Origin: Alphaproteobacteria bacterium
GTDB taxonomy: Bacteria; Pseudomonadota; Alphaproteobacteria; SMXQ01
DNA length: 64,000 bases
Reading direction: 5' to 3'
Assembly: GCA_046297835.1 (NCBI GenBank)
Contig: JBKBHI010000002.1
Span: forward strand, 7,376 to 71,375
The stretch's first letter is position 1. Each line of letters begins with the position of its first letter. Both the position numbers and the translations under genes were made by a program. The notes under the pieces were generated by a model that was not told the origin of the DNA, did no database searches, and saw only the letters and a program-made list of their open reading frames with translations. Below are positions 27,159 to 42,939 of the stretch, piece after piece.

Positions 27159-27274
27159 GGCACGTTCTCCCTATTGATGTTTCTCGGCCGCGTGCGAGCG
27201 TCCCTTAAGCGAACGCCGGCCGCAGCCGTTTTTTTCAAGCACGTCTTCAAGCGCGGCCGTTCGCCGCGCCGATC

Positions 27275-28456
27275 TCACCGCTGAACTTCGATGATGTCGA
27301 AGCCCTTGGCCTTGTCGGTAATGAGCAAGAGACCGCGCTCGTCCATCGTCACGTCGTTGGTCTGCGGCGCGTCGTAGCCGTCGCCCGGCTTGGGGATGAA
27401 ATAGCCGCGCTCCTGTGGATTGGACGGATCGGCGATGTCGAGAATCCGCAGGCCCGCCGCGAACCAGGTGACGTAGCACAGCATGTCGGCATCCACCTTC
27501 TCGCGCAGCTGGTGCGCGCCGAAACGGATGTCCGGGCCATGATAGGGCGAGCGCTCTTCGGGCACGTGATACGTGCACAACAGCTTCGGATCGCGCGGAT
27601 CGGACACGTCCCAGGTGCGGAACGGCGCGTGCGGCTTGCCCGCGTCTTCGCCGCGGTTCTTGCGCTCTTCCTCGGTGGAGATGGCGATATCCTTGCCGCC
27701 GATCTTGAACGGCACGCGCAGCAGCGTGTGGCTCGGCTCCGGACAGGGCGGATCGTATTGGTAATGGCTGAGCGTCTTGGGATTGGCGATGTCCGACACG
27801 TCGATGATGGCGACGCCCGAGTGCCAGCAGCCGGCGTAAATCTGATCCTTGTAGCGCATGCCGTGATGCAGGCGATGCGCCGCCTTTTTCGGGTGCGGCG
27901 GCTCGCCGGCCGCGACGTTCTGCCCGTGCATCCACCAGCGGCTCACCTCTTTCGGCTTAGCGGGGTCGCGGATGTCGTAAATCACCAGGATGTTGCCGAC
28001 GAAGCCTTCCATCTCGGAGGACATGTAGGCGTAATTCTCGTCGACGTCGAACCGGTGCACGCCCTTGCCGTGCATCTTGACGTAGGACAGCAGCTTCGGG
28101 TTCGCCTTGTCCTTGATGTCGTAGATGCGCCAGCCGCCATCCTGATATTCGTTGCGCGGACAGCTGGCGGGCTGGTGCTCGGCATTGACGAACATCAGAT
28201 CGCCAACGACGCGCACCTTGTGGCTGTGCGTGTTCGGGTCCTGCGTGTTGACGACGCTGACCACCTTGGGATTGCGCGGGTCGGACACGTCCATGATCGT
28301 CGTGCCCTGCGGGTTCTTCATATGGCCGATATAGGCATATTTGCCTTGCACGACCACTTGGCCGCCGCCCGGCGTTTCCAGCCGGCAAAGATGACGGACG
28401 TTGGACGACATGACCGGCGCGAATCCGGCGTCGCTGCGGCGTTTCAGCGCCTCCAT
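27275..28456 (-). CDS. LVIVD-repeat beta-propeller protein
   Basis: Repeated D(V/I)SDPxNPK motifs (MDVSDPRNPK, IYDIRDPAKPK, IIDVSDIANPK, WDVSDPRDPK, ILDIADPSNPQ). Start placed at MEALKRR. Confidence 0.6.
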   Translation of the reverse strand: MEALKRRSDAGFAPVMSSNVRHLCRLETPGGGQVVVQGKYAYIGHMKNPQGTTIMDVSDPRNPKVVSVVNTQDPNTHSHKVRVVGDLMFVNAEHQPASCPRNEYQDGGWRIYDIKDKANPKLLSYVKMHGKGVHRFDVDENYAYMSSEMEGFVGNILVIYDIRDPAKPKEVSRWWMHGQNVAAGEPPHPKKAAHRLHHGMRYKDQIYAGCWHSGVAIIDVSDIANPKTLSHYQYDPPCPEPSHTLLRVPFKIGGKDIAISTEEERKNRGEDAGKPHAPFRTWDVSDPRDPKLLCTYHVPEERSPYHGPDIRFGAHQLREKVDADMLCYVTWFAAGLRILDIADPSNPQERGYFIPKPGDGYDAPQTNDVTMDERGLLLITDKAKGFDIIEVQR

Positions 28457-28647
28457 GGGGGAGCCTTTCTGTACGTTTCCCTGAGTCTTGATTGTTCCCG
28501 ACTTCTCGGATCGGGCGACGAAGCATTGCAACGGCACGGACCCGAAAAGTCAATGCCATGCGCTATGCAAGCCATGCGTTCTTCACGATGCATGAGCACA
28601 AGCGCGGCGACTCCTATGTAAGAGTCGCCGCGCTCGCGCGATGCCGC

Positions 28648-29508
28648 TTAGCGCACGCGCACGTCCATCTTGCCGATGCGCTCGATCTCGGCGGTCAGCA
28701 GATCGCCCGGACGGATCGGGCCGACGCCTTCCGGAGTTCCCGTGTAAACCACGTCGCCCGGATGCAGCGTGTAGAAGGCCGAGGAAAATTCGATGAGCCG
28801 GCGCACGCTATAGACCATGTCGCGCGTGTTGGCGTTTTGCCGCCCCTCGCCGTTCACCGCGATCTTGAGCTGGAGCGCGTCGGGATCGGGAATCTCGTCC
28901 GCCGTCACCATCCACGGCCCGAGCACCGAGTAGGTGTCGATCGACTTGCGGAAGCTGCGGTCTTCGGGGCCGCGCAGGGTGATGTCGAGGCCGATGCAAT
29001 AGCCGGCGACGTAATCGAGCGCCTCGGCCTGCGACACCGCGTTGCAGGTCTTACCGATGACGATGGCGAGCTCAACCTCGTGATCGTTGCGGCGGTCGAG
29101 AAAGCGCAGCTGGATGCCCTCCGACGGGCCGACCATCGACGAGGTCGCTTTCAGAAACATGCCGGACGTGCCGATGTCGGACGAGCGCTTGACCGGATTG
29201 CCCGCCGACACTTTCTGCATTTCGGCGATATGCGCGCGGTAGTTGGTCGGCGCCGCCGGCAGCTTGGTCGGGCTTTTCACCGGGCTGAGCAGTTTCACGC
29301 CGGCCAGCGGCACGCCTTTCCGGCCGCCCGCTTCCGCCTTGATGCGCGCCACAAGCGGCGCGAGATGGGCGATGGTCGCGTCGCCCATCTGAGCGCCATG
29401 GCCGGACCAGTCCTTCGGCACGACGGCGTCGCGCAGATCGGTCACGTCGATTACCTGATCGCCTTGGACAAGGCCCAGCTTATCCGCGTCATAGCGGCAC
29501 AATTTCAT
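28648..29508 (-). CDS. fumarylacetoacetate hydrolase (FAH)-family protein
   Basis: FAH fold signatures (ELAIVIGK...GYCIGLDITLR...HPGDVVYTGTPEGVG). Confidence 0.8.
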   Translation of the reverse strand: MKLCRYDADKLGLVQGDQVIDVTDLRDAVVPKDWSGHGAQMGDATIAHLAPLVARIKAEAGGRKGVPLAGVKLLSPVKSPTKLPAAPTNYRAHIAEMQKVSAGNPVKRSSDIGTSGMFLKATSSMVGPSEGIQLRFLDRRNDHEVELAIVIGKTCNAVSQAEALDYVAGYCIGLDITLRGPEDRSFRKSIDTYSVLGPWMVTADEIPDPDALQLKIAVNGEGRQNANTRDMVYSVRRLIEFSSAFYTLHPGDVVYTGTPEGVGPIRPGDLLTAEIERIGKMDVRVR

Positions 29509-29562
29509 GATAGCCCCCTGAGAATGCCGCGCGGCTTGCCGCCGCGTCTCGCGTCAAAATAA

Positions 29563-29598
29563 AAGCGCCGGCGATCTCTCGCCGGCGCTTTTCTCGGA
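29563..29598 (-). terminator. rho-independent terminator downstream of the minus-strand VOC gene
   Basis: agcgccggcga / tctct / cgccggcgct hairpin, followed on the minus strand by TTTTATTTT. Confidence 0.55.
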
Positions 29599-29608
29599 TC
29601 TTCGCGCC

Positions 29609-30190
29609 TTACCAGGTCTTCTGGACCGGATTGGCGATGGCGTCCTCGAGCGGATTGGCCTTGCGGAACTGCTCCGGCGGACGCAGGCGGCCGTCCGGCC
29701 CGATCTGGTCCATCTCGCAGTAGATCTCGAATTCGAAACCGTCCGGATCGAGGAAGTTGATGCTGACGTTGCAGCCCGCGCCCTTGCGGCCTTCGAACAC
29801 GATCGGAATGTTGTTGGCGTTCAGATAGGCCTTGGCCTTCTTCAATACTTCGATGTCGTCGACCTCGAAGGCGAGATGCTCCATCTGCAGGCCGGCCTTC
29901 ATGTCGCGCTTGGCGGCCTTGCCCTTCGGCATCGGCTTCAGGCCGATGGCGTGATGGTCGGCCCCGCAGCGGAAGAAGACCATGCCCTTGTCGTTGCGGT
30001 CGGTCTCGATGAAGCCCATGACCTCGGTCCAGAACTTCACCGTGCGCTCGACGTCGCTCACCTCGTAGACGAAGTGGCCGAGCTTGTTGATCTTGATCGG
30101 CGACGTGCCGGCATATTCGGCCGGATGGCCCGTGCTGTCGCTGCTATGCGCCTGCTCGCGGCGGACGTCGGCATCGGCGATTTTGTTCAT
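29609..30190 (-). CDS. VOC-family protein (extradiol-dioxygenase/glyoxalase fold), paralog of 58383-58976
   Basis: Starts at MNKIADAD after a GGGAGG RBS. Conserved block GHFVYEVSDVERTVKFWTEVMGF...GADHHAIGL. Strong identity to the 58 kb copy. Confidence 0.75.
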   Translation of the reverse strand: MNKIADADVRREQAHSSDSTGHPAEYAGTSPIKINKLGHFVYEVSDVERTVKFWTEVMGFIETDRNDKGMVFFRCGADHHAIGLKPMPKGKAAKRDMKAGLQMEHLAFEVDDIEVLKKAKAYLNANNIPIVFEGRKGAGCNVSINFLDPDGFEFEIYCEMDQIGPDGRLRPPEQFRKANPLEDAIANPVQKTW

Positions 30191-30398
30191 TTGCGCCTCC
30201 CTTGGAGTTTCTTGACCCAGTGAAATGCTATCTTGCAGATAGTCATAAAACCTTCGCAGGACCAGCACAAGCCGCCGCCCCGGAGCCGATTTGATGCCGA
30301 AAAATTGGCTAAAATCGCCGTTCAATATCAGAGGGTTGCTGGCGTTCCGCCGGCCTTGCGCCTAAAATCGGCGACCGTTTCAGCGCAAGGGGACCATT

Positions 30399-31178
30399 GT
30401 GGATTTGGGAATCAAGGGCCGCAAGGCGATCATTTTCGGCGGCAGCCGCGGCCTCGGCCATGCCTGCGCCCTCGCCGTGGCGCGCGAAGGCGTCGACGTC
30501 ACCGTGGTCGCCCGCACCAAGGACGCCATCGAAGCCGCCGCGAAGAAGATCGCCGACGAGACCGGGGTGCGCGCCACGCCGGTCGCCGCCGACATCCGCA
30601 GCGCCGAAGGCCGCGCCGCGGTGATGGCGGCCTGTCCGGCCCCCGACATCCTGCTCAACAACGCCGACGGGCCGGAACCGGGCGATTTCCGCAATTGGTC
30701 GCGCGAGGACTGGCACGGCGCGTTCGATTCCATGACCCTCGGCCCGATCGAGATGATCCGCCTCACGGTCGACGGCATGATGGCGCGCGGCTTCGGCCGC
30801 ATCGTCAACATCTCGTCGCGCAGCGTGAAAATCGCCCAGAGCGAGATCGGCCTGTCGAATGCCGCGCGCTCGGCGCTCGTCGGCTTCACCGCCGGCCTCG
30901 CCCGCCAGACCGTCGCCAAGGGCGTCACCATCAACAACCTGCTCGCCGGCATCTTCGACAGCGGCGCGCAGAAGCGCCATATCCAGGGCATGCTGCCGGA
31001 GCTCGGCAAAAGCTACGAGGAAGTCTTCGCCGAGCGCGCCGCCAACAGCCCGGCCAAGCGCTACGGCGATCCCGCAGAGTTCGGCGCCTATTTCGCCTTC
31101 CTCTGCTCGGCCAAGGCCGGCTATATCAACGCCCAGAATTTGCTGATCGACGGCGGCGCCTATCCGGGCACCTACTGA
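30399..31178 (+). CDS. SDR-family oxidoreductase
   Basis: Rossmann GGSRGLG. The catalytic Y is not visible (S is seen as NISS), so the SDR call rests on the overall fold. GTG start. Confidence 0.75.
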   Translation: MDLGIKGRKAIIFGGSRGLGHACALAVAREGVDVTVVARTKDAIEAAAKKIADETGVRATPVAADIRSAEGRAAVMAACPAPDILLNNADGPEPGDFRNWSREDWHGAFDSMTLGPIEMIRLTVDGMMARGFGRIVNISSRSVKIAQSEIGLSNAARSALVGFTAGLARQTVAKGVTINNLLAGIFDSGAQKRHIQGMLPELGKSYEEVFAERAANSPAKRYGDPAEFGAYFAFLCSAKAGYINAQNLLIDGGAYPGTY

Positions 31179-31208
31179 CCGCCATTTCACACTGTTAGGA
31201 GACGACAC

Positions 31209-31556
31209 ATGGAGATTCGGCGGCTGCAGCCGGGCAAGCGCATGAGCGAAGCGGTGATTCACAACGGCACGGTCTATCTCGCCGGCCAGGTCGCTGCCGA
31301 CGCCACGCAGGACGTCGCCGGCCAGACGCGCCAGGTGCTGGCGCAGATCGACGCGCTCTTGAAGGAAGCCGGCACGGACAAGACCAAGCTGCTGTCGGTC
31401 AAAATCTGCCTGCGCGACATCTCGACCTTCGCCGAAATGAACGGCGTGTGGGACCAGTGGGTGCCGCAGGGCCACACCCCGGCGCGCGCCACCATCGAGG
31501 CGCGCTTGGCCGCGCCGCAATATCTCGTCGAAATCATCGCAATCGCCGCCGTCTAA
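31209..31556 (+). CDS. RidA/YjgF-family protein
   Basis: 115 aa with the RidA C-terminal signature (PARATIEARLA...VEI). AGGAG RBS. Confidence 0.75.
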   Translation: MEIRRLQPGKRMSEAVIHNGTVYLAGQVAADATQDVAGQTRQVLAQIDALLKEAGTDKTKLLSVKICLRDISTFAEMNGVWDQWVPQGHTPARATIEARLAAPQYLVEIIAIAAV

Positions 31557-31655
31557 GGCCGCGGCGCTACGTCGACGAGGCGTTTTTCGACCTGTCAGTC
31601 CGCCCGACGGCGCAGGACGGACCGATTCCCCGTTTCAAATATTATTAGACCGGGA

Positions 31656-32813
31656 TCACACCGGCTCCGTCACGCGGCCGACGAGGCTGCCGAACTTCGC
31701 CATCTCGCTGTCGGGCGTGGCGATCATGCCGAGATCGGCGGCGGCGCGCTGGCGATAATCGCCGAACCTGTCGCTGAACCACCACCAGGGCACGCCGCCG
31801 CGCACCGTCCCCGGCTCGACCGAGGTGAATGCGTGCTTCCAGCTATGCGGCAAGGGGCGGCCGTACGGCGTCGAGAGCCACATCCGCATGACATGGCGCT
31901 TGAGGTCGATTTCGTCGTGATCGATCACATCGGTGCGGCCGTGGATGATCTGGTAATTGACGACGAATTGCAGATCGCCCGGCTCGAAATACATTTCGAA
32001 CGAGAAGGCCGGATCGTTCGCCAGATCGAAGGCGTATTCCACCGCTTCGCGGAACTTGGGTCCGATGCGCGGCGCGTCGGCGAAGCTCTGCGCTTTCAGC
32101 GTGCGGTTGTAGCTGAAGCGGCTGGCGAAATGAGCCTTGCCGCCCTGTTCGCGAAAGCCGAAGAAGGGCGTGGTGAACCAGCGCTCGCCGCTGACCGGGT
32201 CTGGCATCACCCAGGCCAGCGGGTGCGGCTTGTAAAGCTCGCGAACCAGATCCGGCCGCGTCTCCACCATATAATCGTGGATCGCCGCCGTGCTGGCGAG
32301 CTTGCTCGCGCCGCCGGCCTTGGCGCGCTGGCGGCACAGCAGCAGCACCACGTCCGCCTCGTCGGTGTGATAGCTCTGCGCCTTGCCCGAGGTGTAGCCG
32401 CGCGCCTCGCTGCCGGGCGTGCCGCGGTTGCGGATGTCGCCGATCAGTTCGCCATGCTGCGACTGCGGCAACACGACGCCGAGATGCAGCCCGACGCCCC
32501 AATAGAGCTGGTGGATTTCCGCCTGGCTGAGCCCCTCTAAAGGCATCCCGCGCACCAGCATGATGCCGAGCTTCTCGTCCATGTCGCGCATCAGCGCGCG
32601 CAGGGTCGGGCCGACGGTCGGGAGCGGAAAATCGGCCTGCCGCGCGTCGAGCTGGCCGACGCCGGTCTTCTGATAATGGCGCAGGGCGGCGAGAATCTCG
32701 CGCCGTTGATCCGGCGACAGATGGTATTTCCACTCGTCGCTATCGGCGATGTCCGGCCCGCGCCAAGCAGCCTTGCCGCCCACTTTGCGCAACGGAATCG
32801 TGCCGTCAGACAT
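31656..32813 (-). CDS. TauD/TfdA-family Fe(II)/2-oxoglutarate dioxygenase
   Basis: HxD facial-triad motif (SYHTDEAD) and the family C-terminal His region. Start chosen at MSDGTIPL (GAGAGG RBS). The track ORF extends to 32888. Confidence 0.65.
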   Translation of the reverse strand: MSDGTIPLRKVGGKAAWRGPDIADSDEWKYHLSPDQRREILAALRHYQKTGVGQLDARQADFPLPTVGPTLRALMRDMDEKLGIMLVRGMPLEGLSQAEIHQLYWGVGLHLGVVLPQSQHGELIGDIRNRGTPGSEARGYTSGKAQSYHTDEADVVLLLCRQRAKAGGASKLASTAAIHDYMVETRPDLVRELYKPHPLAWVMPDPVSGERWFTTPFFGFREQGGKAHFASRFSYNRTLKAQSFADAPRIGPKFREAVEYAFDLANDPAFSFEMYFEPGDLQFVVNYQIIHGRTDVIDHDEIDLKRHVMRMWLSTPYGRPLPHSWKHAFTSVEPGTVRGGVPWWWFSDRFGDYRQRAAADLGMIATPDSEMAKFGSLVGRVTEPV

Positions 32814-32918
32814 GTCGCCCGCCTCTCTGCCAATATCGCGTCCGAGAGGCGAATTGTTAACCAGCTTAACGAATTCGTCACGCGCCAAATTCTCGGCGGT
32901 GAAATACCGGCGGCGCGG

Positions 32919-33676
32919 TCAGTTGCGCAGGCGGTAGCCGGTCTTGAAGATCCAGCCGACGAGGGCGAGGCAGGCGGCGAGGAACAGCAAGGTCATCCCT
33001 AAGCTGATGCCCATATGGACGTCGGCCGTGCCGTGGAAGCTCCAGCGGAAGCCGTTGACCAGATAGACCACCGGGTTGAACAGGCTGACCGCGCGCCAGA
33101 ACGGCGGCAGCACGTCGATCGAATAGAAGCTGCCGCCCAGAAACGTCAGCGGCGTGACGATGAGCAGCGGCACGATCTGCAGCTTCTCGAACCCGTCGGC
33201 CCAGATGCCGATGATGAAGCCGAACAGGCTGAACGTGACCGCCGTCAGCAGCAGGAAGAAGGCCATCCACACGGGATGCGCGATCTGCAACGGCACGAAC
33301 AGCGTCGAGGTGGCGAGAATGATGACGCCGAGGATGATCGACTTGCTCGCCGCCGCGCCGACATAGCCGATGACGACTTCCATCGGCGACACCGGCGCGG
33401 AGAGAAGCTCGTAGATCGTGCCGGTGAAGCGCGGGAAATAGATGCCGAAGGAGGCGTTGGCGATGCTCTGCGTGAGCAGCGACAGCATGATCAGCCCGGG
33501 CACGATGAACGCGCCGTAGGGCACGCCGTTAACCGACTGGATGCCCGCGCCGATCGCCGCGCCGAAGACGACGAAATAGAGCGACGTCGAGATCACCGGC
33601 GAGATGATGCTCTGGGTCAGCGTGCGCCAGGCGCGCGCCATCTCGAACAGGTAGATCGCGCGGACGGCATGGAGGT

Positions 33677-33680
<4 letters not shown>
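32919..33680 (-). CDS. ABC-2 type transporter permease
   Basis: Six-TM ABC-2 architecture. Its start overlaps the ATPase stop (ATGA), which indicates translational coupling. Confidence 0.8.
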
Positions 33681-34633
<953 letters not shown>

Positions 34634-34762
34634 GCGTAAACGGCCAGGACCAATGAGGGCGAGAGTCGTAGCACCATCGCGCCGCGATCAGAATCCCTCA
34701 TTCGCGACAAACGCATGAATTCCCGTGTCGGAAGTAACCGACTTACCGCGTAGGGTAACCGG

Positions 34763-39124
<4,362 letters not shown>

Positions 39125-39240
39125 GGGGTCGGATATGGGAATGGCGATCGCGCAATCCTAGCCGAATCCGCCGCGCGGCAGGAGCGGAACCAGCCGTCGC
39201 CGCATCTCGTTGAACCGGCAGCACATCTCAAGGAGAGCGC

Positions 39241-39559
39241 CATGCCAGCCTATCTCATCGTCCACCGCCGCGAGATCACGGATCCGCAGGCGCTCAAGCG
39301 CTACAGCGACGGGATTGACGCGGTGATCGCCAAATTCGGCGGCAAGGTCGCCGCCCGTTCCGACAGTTTCAGAGTGCTGGAAGGCGGCTGGCATCCGGGC
39401 CGGCCGAACGACGACTCCAAGCCCGAGCGCCTCACCGTGCTGGAATTTCCCGACATGGCCAAACTGCAGGATTGGTACGATTCGGCCGACTATGCCGAGT
39501 TGAAAGCAATCCGCCAGGCCGCCTCGCGCTCCGACATCGTCGCGGTGGAAACAGCCTAG
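39241..39559 (+). CDS. DUF1330-family small protein
   Basis: MPAYLIVHRREITDPQALKRY...LTVLEFPDMAKLQDWYDSADY. AAGGAGAG RBS. Confidence 0.6.
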
Positions 39560-39635
39560 CGCTTAAACCGTCGTTAACCAATTTCAGTCTAGATATGGAT
39601 GTTGGAACCGCCCACCACCGCTAGGCGTTGAAATT

Positions 39636-39911
39636 ATGACGGTTTCGATACAGCAACGATGGGAGCAGCCCATGGCCCTCTCGCCGGCCACCCCCGACAC
39701 TCTCGGCATCCTTGCCGACCGCGGCGTTCCGCTGCGCGGCGCCTGCCGCAACTGCGGCCATGTCCACGATTGGAGCAGCGCCGCCCTGGTCAAGCGCCAC
39801 GGCCGCCATCGCCGCTGGTGGGACGCCAAGCTCTTTTGCCCACGTTGCGATTCACATGGCGCGGACCTTCACGTCGCGCCGCTGATCGCACGGCTGCGCA
39901 TAGCCGCATAG
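39636..39911 (+). CDS. small hypothetical protein with CxxC...CxxC zinc-ribbon-like cysteines
   Basis: CRNCGHVHDW...CPRCDSHG. Coding status is uncertain. Confidence 0.3.
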   Translation: MTVSIQQRWEQPMALSPATPDTLGILADRGVPLRGACRNCGHVHDWSSAALVKRHGRHRRWWDAKLFCPRCDSHGADLHVAPLIARLRIAA

Positions 39912-40391
39912 CGCGGCTGCAATTGGCTGCGCGATAGGCCGAGCATCAGCCTCGCCTCGCCGGCAAGCCATGAACAGCCTGCCGATCGCGCTGACCGCGC
40001 ACAACATGGCGCGATACGAACGCGACGTCGCCGCCCCTGCCCGATCTATGCCGCCCACGCCCGCCGGGCGAGCTATCTCAGAATGTACAGCGACATCTGC
40101 TCCGATATACGCGAGCGCTACCTCAACTTCCCGTAGTCCTCGAAAGCGAAGTAAAAGCGCTCCACGTCATCGCGAAACGCGATTTGCGCATCCGCCTGCG
40201 CCATTTCGCGCGAACAGGAATAAGACCAATTCCGATTGCGCCTACAGCGCGTCCGATCGAACGGATACCGAAATTTTTCCGCCGTATTTCAAAGGTCGGT
40301 GTAATTTCATACACTGATCGAACAACGAAGCGTCTTGCACAAGACCGCAAGAGGCTTCGATGAAAATATAAAAACGTACGGGGAGAACGCT

Positions 40392-41540
40392 ATGTATCCG
40401 ATGCTTCGGAGCACATTCATCGCGACCGCGTCGCTGTTGGCCATCAGCGCCGAAGCCGTCGCCGCCGATTTGCCGAAAATGACGCAGAAGGTTTTGACCG
40501 AGTTGAAACTCGACCCTTCGCTCATGAACGGCCTCGATAACGAACTCAAAGTGCCGCAAGCCTGGCTCGACGCGGCGAACAAAGAAGGCGAAGTCATCAT
40601 CACAGGCACATGGCCGGACAAGCAGTTCCGCGTCATGACCCAGCCTTTCGTTGAGAGATACCCCTCCATAAAGCTCACCTATGAGCGCAATGCCGGCACC
40701 AGCCGCGGCATGGCCGTGGTGATGGCGCTATCGTCGGGGCGCGTGATCGCCGACGTGCTGACGAGCATCGCCGACGCCTACATCCAATTCCAGGAGATGA
40801 GGGCTTTCGCCGATCTGCGCGATTTGCCCGGCATCAAGAACATCCCGAGCGATTACGCCTCCTCCGACGGAACCTGGGTCAGCCACAAGCTGTCCTACCG
40901 CTGCATGGCCTATAACACCGACAAGCTGAAACCTACCGACATGCCGGCGAAATGGGATGACCTTCTGACCAATCCCAAATGGCGCAACGGCGGCTTAGCC
41001 CTTACCAACCAGCCGAACTCCTGGCTGCTCGGCCTGTGGGAAACCTACGGCGAGGCATGGGGCCGCGATTTCACCCGCCGCCTGTTCGAAGAGCTGAAAC
41101 CGGAACAGCGCAAGGAGAGCATGACCGCCGCTACGGCGCTGACCGTGTCGGGCGAGCTCTTGGCGACCATTCCGTCGCCGGAATGGCAGGTGCAGGGCTA
41201 TGTCGATAAGAAGGCGCCGATCAACTATCACTGCCCGGAGCCGGTGCCGATCACGCTGTCGCAGATCGTGCTGCTCGAAAAATCGCCGCGCAAGAACGCA
41301 GGCAAGGTCTTCCTCAATTGGATGCTGAGCCGCGAAGGGCAGATGATGCAGTACTACGACTCCTATGTCGTGCCCGTGCATAAGGACCTGCAGATCCCGC
41401 CGTTCGTCTCCGAGTTCGTCAATGTGGCGGGTAAGCAGAAAAACGTCCGCGACGAATCTCTGCTCGGCAGCGACATGCAGAAAAAGATGCTCGAAGTCTG
41501 GAACAGCTACTGGGCCTCGACCTCGGGCCGCGGTCGATAA
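40392..41540 (+). CDS. periplasmic solute-binding protein (ABC family-1 type), orphan
   Basis: Signal peptide MYPMLRSTFIATASLLAISAEAVAA. Paralog of the next gene. No permease or ATPase is adjacent. Confidence 0.75.
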   Translation: MYPMLRSTFIATASLLAISAEAVAADLPKMTQKVLTELKLDPSLMNGLDNELKVPQAWLDAANKEGEVIITGTWPDKQFRVMTQPFVERYPSIKLTYERNAGTSRGMAVVMALSSGRVIADVLTSIADAYIQFQEMRAFADLRDLPGIKNIPSDYASSDGTWVSHKLSYRCMAYNTDKLKPTDMPAKWDDLLTNPKWRNGGLALTNQPNSWLLGLWETYGEAWGRDFTRRLFEELKPEQRKESMTAATALTVSGELLATIPSPEWQVQGYVDKKAPINYHCPEPVPITLSQIVLLEKSPRKNAGKVFLNWMLSREGQMMQYYDSYVVPVHKDLQIPPFVSEFVNVAGKQKNVRDESLLGSDMQKKMLEVWNSYWASTSGRGR

Positions 41541-41745
41541 GGTTGTCGCTGGCCGTCGCCGCTCGCAAAGGGGCGGCGACGGCCAAGCGCCAAAAAATCC
41601 CGGCCGCGACATCGCTAGTATGCGGCTGCAGGGCTTCGGCAAAAGTTTCGTCGGCCCCGCACCCCGTGGCTTAAGCCGCCTGCGCCAAGCGTAAAAAATC
41701 CGCAGACATCGCGAAGAACGATGTCGGAAAACGAAGGGGAGGATT

Positions 41746-42876
41746 ATGCATAATCTGACATCGCGCGCCCTATGCGCCGCCGCCGTGATACTCGGCTCGA
41801 TCTCCGCCGCAACCGCGACCGAGCTGCCGAAAGCGACAAAAGCCGCTCTTACCGAACTCAAGCTCGAGTCCTCGATCATGGACGGTCTCGACGCCGAGCT
41901 CGACGTTCCGAAAGCATGGACGGACGGAGCTGCGCAGGAGAAAGGCGCGGTCATCATTCTCGGCACCTGGCAGGACGCCGAATTCCGGCGCATCACCGAA
42001 GCTTTCGTCGAGCGCTATCCTTCGATCAAATTGAATTACGCCCGCTCGACCTCCGCCGCGCGCGGCATGAAGGTGCTGATGGCGTTGAGCGCCGGCCGCG
42101 CCATCGCCGACGTGATCACCAGCGTCGGCGATTCCTACGGCGAATTCAAAGAGCAGAAGGCGCTGGCCGATCTGCGCGATCTGCCGGGCGTCAAGAATCT
42201 GGCGGCCGACCATATCGACGCCGAAGGCAGTTGGGTCGCGCACAAGATCGGCTTTCGCTGCATGAGCTACAACACCGATCTCGTCAAAACCGCCGACCTG
42301 CCCAAGACATGGGACGATCTGCTGAACAATCCCGCCTGGCGCGGCGGCAAGATCGCCTTGTCCAACACGCCCAACGCGTGGCTCCTCGCCTTGTGGTCCG
42401 AGAAGGGCGAAGACTGGGGCAGGCAGTTCACCAAGCGCCTGTTCACCGAACTGCAGCCGCAGCAGCGCAAGGAAGGCATGATGGCCGTGACGGGTCTGGC
42501 GGTCGCTGGCGAGTTCTATGCCAACATTCCGGCGCCGGAGCGTCGCGTCGAGCAATATGCCAGCAAGGGCGCGCCGATCGGCTACCACTGTCCCGAGCCC
42601 GTGCCGATCACTCTGTCGCAGATCGTCATGCTGGAGAAGGCGGAACGAAAGAACGGCGCGCGCATCTTCATCAATTGGCTCATCAGCCGCGAAGGCCAAA
42701 TCCTGCAATTTGTCGCCAACGCGTCGGTGCCCGTCCACAAGGACTTGCAGGATCCTCGTTTCATCCCCTTCTCCGAAACCATCGTGGGCAAGCCCAGCAT
42801 CGCGCGCGGCGAAGACATGTTCGGAGACATCGTCACGAGAATGGACGAAGCCTGGAACGCCCATTGGACGAAATGA
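41746..42876 (+). CDS. periplasmic solute-binding protein, tandem paralog of 40392-41540
   Basis: Collinear similarity with the upstream SBP (ERYPSIKL, YHCPEPVPITLSQIV, VPVHKDLQ). Confidence 0.75.
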   Translation: MHNLTSRALCAAAVILGSISAATATELPKATKAALTELKLESSIMDGLDAELDVPKAWTDGAAQEKGAVIILGTWQDAEFRRITEAFVERYPSIKLNYARSTSAARGMKVLMALSAGRAIADVITSVGDSYGEFKEQKALADLRDLPGVKNLAADHIDAEGSWVAHKIGFRCMSYNTDLVKTADLPKTWDDLLNNPAWRGGKIALSNTPNAWLLALWSEKGEDWGRQFTKRLFTELQPQQRKEGMMAVTGLAVAGEFYANIPAPERRVEQYASKGAPIGYHCPEPVPITLSQIVMLEKAERKNGARIFINWLISREGQILQFVANASVPVHKDLQDPRFIPFSETIVGKPSIARGEDMFGDIVTRMDEAWNAHWTK

Positions 42877-42939
42877 GCCGCTGACGACGCGAGCGCCGCT
42901 TCATCCTCGGAAAACCGGCGGCTCACGGAAAGGAAAGTA

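Noticed and set aside
39970-40317. 115-aa plus-strand ORF in the spacer before the SBP genes
   Set aside because: It is a low-complexity Ser/Ala/Arg-rich translation with no RBS or motif. It is likely non-coding spacer.
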